A stretch of DNA of 32,000 bases from a cyanobacterium endosymbiont of Epithemia turgida isolate EtSB Lake Yunoko (GCF_000829235.1 NZ_AP012549.1:2430001-2462000), one strand, 5' to 3'. Counted from the stretch's first letter, positions 19,145 through 28,044 are shown. Numbers and translations: made by a program. The notes: a model not told the origin generated them from the letters alone.

Positions 19145-21400
19145 TTAGTCATCGTCCCAATCATCATTTCTAGCGAAGCTTCCACCCCCGACAGTTACTA
19201 AATCAATCTGCTGGCGATAATAATCTACACTTTTTACCTCTACTTCAACTTCATCGCCTAAACGATAAGCAATGCGATTTTTTCGTCCCACTAAACAACC
19301 ATGACGAGCGCGATATTCATACCAATCATCTTTTAAAGAACTAACATGAACTAGTCCTTCCACCAATAGGTCTTCAATTTCGACAAAGAAGCCATAAGAT
19401 TGAACTCCCGTAATCAACCCTCGAAAAACTTGGCCAGTGCGTTCTTTCATTTTTTCAGCTTTCTTCAAGCCATCGAGATCTTTTTCTGCGTCTTCAGCTA
19501 ACTTTTCACGGTCGTTAAGATGAGAAACTAAAATGTGAAATTCTTCTTCAAGACTTTCTTGTATAGCAGGGGGTAAAACATTCCAGTTAATATCAATATG
19601 ACAACGACTGCTGTGGAGATCTACCCCTGTTTTAGTCTGTTTGGTACGACGATCACGCCCTTCACTGAATAATAACTTAATCATACGTTGTACTAATAAA
19701 TCTCCATATCTTTGACCAGGAGAAACACAATGAGTATAACAGTCATGATAAGCTAAGCCGAAATGGGGAGCCGAATGACTGCTGTATTTAGCAGATTTTA
19801 GGGTATCTTTCAAAAGAAAATTTAACACCCGCACCGATGAACATTGATTAAATCCTCGAGTCAAATTGTAATAATCTTGAGCGGTAATCTCCTCTTCGGA
19901 AGACAGTTGTATATCTATTCCTAAATTATCTACCAGTTTCAGTAAATCTTCTAATTCTTCCCAATCAGGCTCAGGTTGAGCACAATAAAGGGAAGGAATT
20001 CCTAAAGCGTAAAGATGATCCGCTACCGATTTTCCTGCTAGGATTATCAACTCCATCAACAGCGAGCGCACAGGAACCTTCGATGAAGCAATAATGACTC
20101 CTAAACGTCCTTCATCTTGATAAGGTGATCGCGGCTCTAACTGTAGTTCAAACCCTCCTCGTTGCAACCGTTGTGCTTTAACTAAGGGACTAAGAGTCAA
20201 AAATAGTTGCTTAAGACATTGAGCTAATTCTTCTTGTTCGGCAGACAGCTGGTCAAAATGGGTTAATAACCCTTGAGCTTCTTGGTAGGTCAGTTGTTCA
20301 TTAACATTAATAACTGTTGGGTGAATTTCGAATTCAGTCATTTGACCATTTTTATCAAAGGTAATTAACACTGAGATGGTTAAACAATCCTTTTCTGGGA
20401 CAATACAACAACAGTCAGTTAAAGCCTTTGGCAATAAGGGAAGGACTTTGTCACCTAGATAAATCGTTGTCCCTCGTTTTTTTGCCGTTTTATCGAGGAG
20501 CGAATCAGGGGTAACATAATGGGCAACATCAGTAATATGAACACCTAATTGCCAGTACTGATCGGGAATTTGTTCAAGCGTAAAAGCTGTTTCAACAAAA
20601 GGAGGGTGGTCTCGTTGCTCATCTTCAACAAAGGTAAACGTAAACTTTTGACGTAAATCAACCCGCCTATCAATTTCAGCTCGATCAACAGTTTTTGGTA
20701 AAGCTTCCGCCAGTCGTTCCACCGCTTCGGGGAAAATTTGGGGCAAATCGTGTTTACAACAGACGATATCTGTATCAGCAGCTTCTTCGGCATCACTTCC
20801 TAAAATGCGGGTAATAGTTCCCCAGGGGGGATGTTCTCCAATCGGATAGCGTATTACCGAGACGTGAACTAAATGGTTGACTGCTTGTTCTAAACTATTC
20901 TCCTCATTCTGTTTAAGTAGAAGTTCAAATAATAAGCGATCATCGAGAGGAATCGCTTTATAATCTCCATTATCTTTTTTTACTTGAGCAAGTAAAGATG
21001 GATTTGCCCGTTCCAAAATCAGTTTAACTTCTCCTTCTGGAGAACGACGACGAGTGCCTTCTTTAATCACTTTGACAAGGACGCGGTCACTGTTCCACGC
21101 ATTGCTAAGATGGGTTTCTCGTATATAGATATCATCAGCGTCTTCTTCATCTTGAATCGCAAAACAAAAACCTTTGCTTGAACAACGTAATTTAGCTTCA
21201 ACCAGATTTTTCTCAATAGAACGGCGATATTTTCCTCTCTCCTTAACTAAAACTCCGATTTTTTCTAGAATATCTAAAATTATTTGGAGCTTTTCGATGC
21301 TTTCTTCATCTTCACACCCCAACTTTTTCTCCAGAAATTTAGCCGCAACTAATTTGTCATCTGTAAAATTGGACAAAAGTGTAGCGATTGAAAATTCCAT
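19145..21400 (-). CDS. RNase II/R family protein (RNB domain plus C-terminal S1 domain) with non-canonical catalytic motifs
   Basis: 751 aa with an ATG start. RNB landmarks are present: HITDVAHYV, RGTTIYLGDKVLPLLP, HFGLA and a C-terminal S1 fold (GLITGVQSYGFFVEI). Motif I reads TFVEDEQRDHPPFVETA and motif IV reads YTHCVSPGQRYGDLLVQR, in place of the canonical TIDxxxxxDxDDA and YxHFTSPIRRYxDLxxHR. Confidence 0.8.
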   Translation of the reverse strand: MEFSIATLLSNFTDDKLVAAKFLEKKLGCEDEESIEKLQIILDILEKIGVLVKERGKYRRSIEKNLVEAKLRCSSKGFCFAIQDEEDADDIYIRETHLSNAWNSDRVLVKVIKEGTRRRSPEGEVKLILERANPSLLAQVKKDNGDYKAIPLDDRLLFELLLKQNEENSLEQAVNHLVHVSVIRYPIGEHPPWGTITRILGSDAEEAADTDIVCCKHDLPQIFPEAVERLAEALPKTVDRAEIDRRVDLRQKFTFTFVEDEQRDHPPFVETAFTLEQIPDQYWQLGVHITDVAHYVTPDSLLDKTAKKRGTTIYLGDKVLPLLPKALTDCCCIVPEKDCLTISVLITFDKNGQMTEFEIHPTVINVNEQLTYQEAQGLLTHFDQLSAEQEELAQCLKQLFLTLSPLVKAQRLQRGGFELQLEPRSPYQDEGRLGVIIASSKVPVRSLLMELIILAGKSVADHLYALGIPSLYCAQPEPDWEELEDLLKLVDNLGIDIQLSSEEEITAQDYYNLTRGFNQCSSVRVLNFLLKDTLKSAKYSSHSAPHFGLAYHDCYTHCVSPGQRYGDLLVQRMIKLLFSEGRDRRTKQTKTGVDLHSSRCHIDINWNVLPPAIQESLEEEFHILVSHLNDREKLAEDAEKDLDGLKKAEKMKERTGQVFRGLITGVQSYGFFVEIEDLLVEGLVHVSSLKDDWYEYRARHGCLVGRKNRIAYRLGDEVEVEVKSVDYYRQQIDLVTVGGGSFARNDDWDDD

Positions 21401-22669
21401 TTACCTATTAATCTTCCTTACTAAATGTGAGTGGATCTTATTGGTGGCTGGAATCATAGAAGAGTAGTTGCTCGACAGCTCCCTAAACTGTTACGTCTTC
21501 TATACCCAACACCATGAAGAAAGAACTTTTCTTTCTTCAATGAGGAGATTGCCTAGTTAGGGAGCTTAGCTAACTAAGATTGTGGCTCAGTTAAGTGATT
21601 ACTGTCTTTATTCTGTCTTCATTCTTAAGATTTTAATCTTTAGAATGGCTAAGTTAGCTTTCCTAATTATACCTCTGTTTACAATCGAGAAGCGACCCTT
21701 GATATATCTGGATTTGCCGCATTATTTATTGCTGGAGCTCTAATCCATATTAGCAGTGAAGTTGCTCCTAGGAATCTTTGATTTTGTACTTGAAAAGTAG
21801 TGTCCTACGAGAACAGGGTGAGAGTTGTATTATCTAATGAGAAGGACTACTTTCATTGGAAGTCAACTCTGTCGAAAATGATTGTAAAGAACTAATTCGT
21901 GAACACTTCCCTTTCACAAACTTATCCGGATTTTAATTTTACCAAGGTAACGTGATACTTACGAGGTTTGTCTTTGACAAAAGTGAAAGTAAATGTTGAT
22001 TTTTATCTCATTTTAGATTCCTCTAACAAGTTGCGTAAGCCCACAGCGCAGCCTTTCATGTCAAACCATAAGACTTTACTACTTCACTAACTTTGTTCAT
22101 ATAGAAAATGTTGCCATTTATTCACCTCTATCCAGATATTTATAAAATTAGCGTTAACGACTATCCATCAACTGTAAATGTATTGTTTTTTTACTATCAG
22201 AAAAGCTTTTCTACTAGTTTTAAACTTTTTAGTGTTTTTGATTGTCTGGCAAAACCCAGGCACCTTTATCTTCAACAGCTAGGGCAATGGGGTTCGTTCT
22301 TTAATTTTCTAGCTCGTTTCTAGGTGTCGATTAGACTTCATTTTATCTTCTTTTCTAGCTTCATCGTCAAGCCTTGAGCACATTTTTATCCTGATATCGC
22401 AGGTATATTTCCCTACGGCTCGATACGTTCCGTTCGTTTATAACATAGGGCTTACCAACATTATGAGAGATAGGTTTACCCGGATATAGAAATCTCTTTT
22501 CAAGAGCAATATAAAATATTTCCACAAAAAGGAATTCTAAACTTCACGAATCCATAAAATCAAGATGTGTTTATATTTGACTTGTTTTTCTCCAATACTT
22601 TCCTACCTTTATTTACTAATAAAGTACAAATAAACTTAATAAAAATAGTAGCGAGTAGCTCAAAAAATT

Positions 22670-23397
22670 ATGTTGACTCAATTCAGAATTCTTTATCCTC
22701 AAGGCGGTGTAATCAGTGAATTAGTAGCAATTGATCACAGAAAGTATAAGTTAAAAACCATGAACCATTTTTTTCTTCTAAGGTTCCGAACATTTCGGTA
22801 GTTGATCAAACCTACTCTAAAACACCGTTACCGGAGTAACAAGTTCCAGTTGCGACTTCTGTCAAAGTCCCCTAAACGCCAGAGGCGAGCTCCTCTGAAC
22901 CATCAGCTTTTGCTGAAAAAACTACAAGCCAATCTTGAAGCCAAGTATTATATATTTCTAACATCAATGAAATCATAATTGAACCAGTGGAGAAAGTTTT
23001 CCTCAAACCCTCCTTAGTAGAAGAAAATTATACTAATCATAATGATAAATTAGCTGAACCGATGTAAGAGGTTTCCTTAAGCTCTTCTAAAATACAAGAA
23101 ACATTTATTTCAACACCAGAGATAGGCAAAATTTCAATGCCAACGACTATCATACGCCAAGAGCTTCCAGACGTATCTTCTTCGAAAGAAAAATCTCCCC
23201 TAACGAAAATTGAAGAACCTCTTGAGTTTTCGGAAATTATTGCCCGTTCTAATACAGAAATCAAGTGTTTAGGCTAGACACAAGTGCAAGGACGCGAATA
23301 TTTGATTCAAACTTATGGAAATCAATCACGTTAAGTTCTTTCTAATGAGGAGCTCATCGAATTTCTTTATTACCTCCAAAGTTTACCAACTTCTTAA
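22670..23397 (+). pseudogene. Pseudogene of a conserved cyanobacterial hypothetical protein
   Basis: It starts MLTQFRILYPQGGVISELVAIDH. After stops and frame changes comes a P/S/T-rich linker. The C-terminal module reads EEPLEFSEIIARSNTEIKCLG*TQVQGREYLIQTYGNQSR*VLSNEELIEFLYYLQSLPTS*. TAG at 23275 sits where I expect a conserved Trp, and TAA at 23332 where I expect Gln. The total length is not a multiple of 3. Confidence 0.7.
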
Positions 23398-23470
23398 CTT
23401 TTCCTGAAAATCGAGGGAAAGAATTACTTTTAAAAATAAATCAGTAACGCTTGCTAGCTAAACTAATTTA

Positions 23471-23495
23471 GGGGTTAACCGTCGCCGTTGACCCC
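23471..23495. terminator. Hairpin between the convergent pseudogene and clpP (candidate bidirectional terminator)
   Basis: ggggttaac cgtcgcc gttgacccc forms a 9-bp stem with one wobble and is G+C-rich against an AT-rich background. It starts 25 nt after the clpP stop. The flanking T-runs are weak. Confidence 0.5.
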
Positions 23496-23519
23496 TACCT
23501 TGGGTTTTACCCTAATTTC

Positions 23520-24128
23520 CTAATTAACAGTAGGAGGAGGATTGCTAGCCGAAGGACGACGGTTAATCACTTGGTCAATCAATCCATATTTTTGAGATTC
23601 TTCAGCGGACATGAAAAAGTCTCGTTCCGTATCTTGAGAGATTTGCTCAAGGGGCTTTCCTGTGTGATGTGCTAAGTGATTATTGAGGAGTTGCTTTAGA
23701 TAAAGAATCTCTCTAGCTTGAATTTCAATATCTGTGGCTTGTCCCTGGGCGCCTCCGAGAGGTTGGTGAATCATAATACGAGAGTTAGGCAAGCTCATCC
23801 TTTTTCCTTTAGCTCCTGCACTGAGAAGGAAAGCTCCCATGCTAGCAGCTAACCCAATGCAGATTGTAGAGACATCAGGACGGATTTGGTTCATAGTATC
23901 AAAAATTCCTAGTCCTGCTGACACAGACCCCCCTGGAGAGTTGATATAAAGATAAATGTCTTTTTCTGGATCTTCTGCTTCGAGGAATAATAACTGAGCA
24001 ACGATAAGGTTAGCATTTTCATCTCTGACCTCTTGTCCCAAAAAAACAATGCGTTCGCGTAACAGACGAGAGTAAATATCAAATGCGCGTTCACCACGCC
24101 CAGAAGTTTCAATAACGGTAGGAATCAT
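23520..24128 (-). CDS. clpP: ATP-dependent Clp protease proteolytic subunit
   Basis: 202 aa with an ATG start. Ser-His-Asp triad contexts are intact ([29 protein letters not shown]). The N-terminus reads [19 protein letters not shown]. Confidence 0.92.
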   Translation of the reverse strand: MIPTVIETSGRGERAFDIYSRLLRERIVFLGQEVRDENANLIVAQLLFLEAEDPEKDIYLYINSPGGSVSAGLGIFDTMNQIRPDVSTICIGLAASMGAFLLSAGAKGKRMSLPNSRIMIHQPLGGAQGQATDIEIQAREILYLKQLLNNHLAHHTGKPLEQISQDTERDFFMSAEESQKYGLIDQVINRRPSASNPPPTVN

Positions 24129-24703
24129 AAAGTCTCTATTTTTTGGTGTCTTCCTTTTGATTTTAGCGAGTTTGTTCGTGTGTTGAACCTCCTATTTTTT
24201 AAACGATACATTAACAAGTTTTATCGAATACGCTTTATACTGCGACAAGCTACAGTTAAAATATACTAATAATGTCAAGTCAAACTATATTTATATTCAT
24301 TTAAAATTCTACTTAATTTACTTGTATATTCATAACTCAGAAAGTTATAAGTCTTGATTATAGTTAATATAGGGCTAGTGCGTTATTCGATGAAGTGCTC
24401 AACAAAAACGCAAAGTAGCGTGTCGAGAACTATAATAAATAACATTGGGGTTTAGTCAATAATTTTATAGAAGAAAAGACTTTTATCTTTAAATAATCAA
24501 ATAAATATCCTTCGCTTATGACGTTTGTCGAGTTTACTCTGTATCCAGACTAATTGCTGTTTTGGCTTTAATCCCTTAATCTTCGCCTTGACTATAAATC
24601 AGCTGATAAGTACAAAGTTTCTGGTGTTTGTAAAACTCCCGACAAAACTTCATAATTGGAACCAATAGAAACGATATCAACAAGCTTACTCGGTTATGCA
24701 GTT

Positions 24704-24742
24704 TTTTCGTTGTGATTGTAACTTTGAAAATCACAACGAAAA
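24704..24742. repeat. Inverted repeat, 14-bp perfect arms, 11-nt loop
   Basis: ttttcgttgtgatt (24704-24717) pairs with aatcacaacgaaaa (24729-24742). It lies about 180 nt upstream of the M16 pseudogene. There is no U-tail in either orientation. Confidence 0.7.
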
Positions 24743-24924
24743 CCGCCCTTATTTAACTAATCTTTTAGTTAGAGCTAACATTATTAAAATTAGATAAACT
24801 ATTTTTAGGGTAATACACTTTTACTTTTGACATTGAGTGAGCGATATAGCTCCCTGATTCTACCGAGCCCAAAAAGTTTAATATTTATATAAATGTAACC
24901 GTTATTTAAAAATCACTTATTACT

Positions 24925-26219
24925 TTGACTTTGCTTAAAACCTCAGCGTTCAATGTTTCCACAATCCATATTCTTTCCAATGGGTTGACCATCATGGCTG
25001 AACAAATGCCAGTTAAAGTGATCAATTTAAACCTCTGGTTAAAAGTAATATCTACGTTGTAATTCAATTATCTTAATGGGATAGCGTATTTATTAGAATA
25101 TATGATTTTCAAAGGAATCTCTCACCTCAAAAGGAGAGAATTTGAACGATTACTTGAATAACAAGGAGCACTGACCAATGCAGCGACTCTCCAAGAGAGT
25201 ACTTATTACTACATCAATTGTGTGCTCCAAAATTTCAAAGACCTTGCCCCATTGCAATTAGATGTGATCTTTAATCCTAATATTGCTGATGAGGCATTTG
25301 AACGAGAACGGTTAGTAGTTTTAGAAGAAATCCACTGGTCGAATGATAATTCTCGTCTTGGGACTTTTTACAGGGCGATGGAGCCCTGTTTTAAGATTTT
25401 GCCCTATTGTCGTCGCGTGCTAAAACCAGCATCCACCATTAAAGGATTAATTGCCCAACAAATGCGAGACTTTCACAAAACTTAGTATCAACTTGAATTG
25501 GTAATAGCACTGACAGTAGGTAATCTTTCTGTAGAAATGTTAATTTACATTTTAGCGACGAGTTTGAGTCAAACCTGTAAGTATTCTAGAATTAAGCCCC
25601 AAAATAAGCAAAAGAGAAAAGAGGTTAAGTTTTTATTTAAAGTTTCTTTTGCTAGAATTGTGCGTCGGGAATTTGATGATTCCAGTGTACGGTAATCTCG
25701 CTTAATAATGATGTGGCAAGTTCCTGAGTTAGTTAAATTAGATAGAATCTATGCTTTGAATGTATTAGCAGTTATTTTAGGGCAGAGAAAAATCTCGCGA
25801 TTATGTCGGGATTTACGCGAAGACAAGAAGTTAGTTTCCCGTATTAACGTTAACAATATAACCCCCAAAATTTAAGACATATTTTATATATTAGCTCAAT
25901 GACTATCAGAAAATGTTCTGGAGGTGGAACGAATTATCATTGAGTAAATTACCAATATCAGGCAAATATCAGTGATTGAAACTGAATTGAATTGTGTACG
26001 AATTCAGGTAGCTAATCGGTTTGTATTTAGTAGTGAAAGTCCGAGCAATCGTACTCATCTTTATGGGGATTATTATTCTCAGTTACAGTATTTGGAATCA
26101 GCTTTGATCTATCCAATCGTATACAAGCTCTGAGTTTAGAAAATATCCAAGAAGCTGCTTTTGATTATTTGTCTTCTAAAAACTATAGGATTAAGGGAGT
26201 ACATTCTACTCATAAATAA
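24925..26219 (+). pseudogene. Pseudogene of an M16 (pitrilysin-family) zinc peptidase / processing protease
   Basis: A single frame from 24925 reads LTLLKTSAFNVSTIHILSNGLTIMAEQMPV...NGIAYLLEYMIFKG...LVVLEEI...QQMRDFHKT*YQ... There are in-frame stops at 25060, 25159, 25483, 25693, 25873, 25900 and 25945, and one frameshift near 26100. The natural TAA is at 26217-26219. The expected zinc motif HxxEH is YLLEY (TAT at 25087 and 25099). Track ORFs 25222..25485 and 25498..25695 are fragments of it. Confidence 0.85.
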
Positions 26220-26239
26220 TTATTAATTACTAAACAAAA

Positions 26240-27109
26240 ATGTGGACACAAATTGCTCAACATATTTCTCAGGCTACTCAACAGGAGTTTCGGACTAAAA
26301 ACCGACGTTCTGTTAATGGAGGTTGTATCAATCAATGTTACTCCTTAATTGGGGATAACATTACCTATTTTGTTAAAATCAACCAAGCTTCCCAGGTAGA
26401 AATGTTTGCGGCTGAAGCATTGGGTTTAAAACAGATATCAAACACTAAGACCATTCGTGTTCCTCAACCAATTTGTTGGGGAATAGCAGAAAAAACTAGT
26501 TACATTGTACTTGAATGGATGAAATTTGGTCGAGGGACTAATCAATTTTGGGAGGAGATGGGACGTAAATTGGGGACGATGCATCACCATCAAGGGGCTG
26601 ATCAATTTGGTTGGGAACAAAACAATACGATTGGTTCTATCTCTCAGATAAATATTTGGACTGATAGTTGGGCAGATTTTTTTGCAGAATACCGTATTGG
26701 TTATCAATTGAAGTTGGCAAGACGACGTGGGGGAAATTTTCCTGACTGTACTCAAGTTGTGGAAATGGTTAGGGAATTATTAGCCCATAGACAACCTAAA
26801 CCTTCTTTGGTACACGGGGATTTGTGGTCAGGAAATGTAGCGGTAACTCAGGAAGGAGAACCGGTTATTTTAGATCCTGCTACTTATTATGGCGATCATG
26901 AAGTTGATCTAGCGATTACAGAACTGTTTGGAGGATTTGGGCGTGGATTTTATAGAAGCTATAATGAAGTTTTTCCTTTAGAAAAAGGTTATCAAAAACG
27001 AAAAATGATTTATAATCTTTATCATATTATAAATCATTTTAATTTATTTGGAGGTGGATATAGAGCCCAGGTTAATCAAATGATTCAGAGAATTATAACT
27101 AATGGATAA
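26240..27109 (+). CDS. Fructosamine/ketosamine-3-kinase family protein
   Basis: 289 aa with an ATG start. It has the kinase motif LVHGDLWSGN, DPATYYGDHEVDLA and an N-terminal NGGCINQCY. It starts 20 nt after the stop of the M16 pseudogene. Confidence 0.85.
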   Translation: MWTQIAQHISQATQQEFRTKNRRSVNGGCINQCYSLIGDNITYFVKINQASQVEMFAAEALGLKQISNTKTIRVPQPICWGIAEKTSYIVLEWMKFGRGTNQFWEEMGRKLGTMHHHQGADQFGWEQNNTIGSISQINIWTDSWADFFAEYRIGYQLKLARRRGGNFPDCTQVVEMVRELLAHRQPKPSLVHGDLWSGNVAVTQEGEPVILDPATYYGDHEVDLAITELFGGFGRGFYRSYNEVFPLEKGYQKRKMIYNLYHIINHFNLFGGGYRAQVNQMIQRIITNG

Positions 27110-27170
27110 TGCTGAGATACTGAAAGTGTATACCCAAATTGAGGGCGATAGGTTACCTTATTATTAACTA

Positions 27171-27605
27171 TTATTTGGATTGACAATAACTATTTATTCT
27201 ATTTCCCAATTCTGGTTCTTTTTGACCTAATTGTTGCAGTTGCTGTTGCATCAACTTAACTGTGTTGATATCCTTTTTTTGTAATGCGAATATGAACTGC
27301 CGAGTTGTTTGAGCGTATCCTTGGTAAATATTAGCAAATTCTAGCTGATATTTAACTAAATTTTTATCATAAATAGATAGATTTCTCATCTCAGCTGCTG
27401 CTTTTTCAAAAGAGTCAGCCACTTGTAATGCTTTTTGGATATCTTCTGTTTTACGATTAGCGTGGCTTTCTTTAGCGATTGCTTGAGTAATTGAGATTAT
27501 TTTTTTACATTGAAAGACTCTATTTTCAGAACAACTAACTAAAATTATATTCGGCAAAATAATTAACAATAGAGCGATTATAAAAATTTTTTTAAAAAAA
27601 GTCAT
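27171..27605 (-). CDS. Orphan helical lipoprotein, function unknown
   Basis: 144 aa with an ATG start. It has a signal peptide with lipobox LVSC, and the remainder is helical and Q/K-rich. It lies 5 nt downstream of the preceding small ORF. Confidence 0.6.
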   Translation of the reverse strand: MTFFKKIFIIALLLIILPNIILVSCSENRVFQCKKIISITQAIAKESHANRKTEDIQKALQVADSFEKAAAEMRNLSIYDKNLVKYQLEFANIYQGYAQTTRQFIFALQKKDINTVKLMQQQLQQLGQKEPELGNRINSYCQSK

Positions 27606-27610
27606 TGTAA

Positions 27611-27892
27611 CTAATTAGAAGAAGTAGTACTGTTTACTAAAGTTCGGAGAATATTAGTTAGTTGAGTCAACTGCTCGTTTGATTCACTTTGCTTATCTAT
27701 TAAGGTTTGTATAGATTCAGTTAAAATAAATATTTGATATCTCTGCTGTTGTATTTGATTTTTTTGTCGTTCTATTTTTTTAGATACATCATTTATTTTT
27801 TTAGCTAATTCTTCTACTGTATTTGTAGTTGCAATTATGGCTTCTCCTATATTTTTTATGATGTTGGTTAATTGCTCAGTTTGATCACTCAT
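27611..27892 (-). CDS. Orphan 93-aa coiled-coil protein, function unknown
   Basis: The track calls GTG at 27910. I prefer ATG at 27892, which has AAGGA (27907-27903) 10 nt upstream. The GTG codon lies inside the 60-bp palindrome. The sequence is heptad-like and Q/E/K/I-rich. Confidence 0.5.
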   Translation of the reverse strand: MSDQTEQLTNIIKNIGEAIIATTNTVEELAKKINDVSKKIERQKNQIQQQRYQIFILTESIQTLIDKQSESNEQLTQLTNILRTLVNSTTSSN

Positions 27893-27899
27893 TATATTG

Positions 27900-27959
27900 T
27901 TTTCCTTCACAAAGCACCGATATTATTATATAATAATATCGGTGCTTTGTGAAGGAAAA
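27900..27959. promoter_or_regulatory. 60-bp perfect palindrome encoding mirror-image sigma70-type promoters (TTCACA-N17-TATAAT on both strands)
   Basis: All 30 pairs were checked (ttttccttcacaaagcaccgatattattat | ataataatatcggtgctttgtgaaggaaaa). Minus strand: -35 at 27953-27948 and -10 at 27930-27925. Plus strand: -35 at 27906-27911 and -10 at 27929-27934. The left arm contains the AAGGA ribosome-binding site of the downstream small ORF. Confidence 0.55.
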
Positions 27960-28044
27960 TTTCTGGGGTTTTGAAGTAATAGTTTAACAAGTTTATTAAT
28001 TTGGTAAGTTGACACTGAGTACAATCTACCCAAAATAGGTTTTA

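Noticed and set aside
22108-22323. 71-aa plus-strand ORF in the rnr-clpP spacer
   Set aside because: The translation is F/Y/S-rich and unrecognisable. It may be part of an old relic, since the 21.4-22.6 kb region has somewhat higher G+C, but I could not support any identification.
23037-23264. 75-aa minus-strand ORF
   Set aside because: It lies antisense to the best-preserved C-terminal part of the 22670..23397 pseudogene. Its translation is not protein-like, so it is a shadow frame.
25222-25695. Two plus-strand ORFs (87 aa and 65 aa) offered as separate genes
   Set aside because: They share one frame and are consecutive fragments of the M16 peptidase pseudogene, separated by nonsense codons. 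They are not independent genes.
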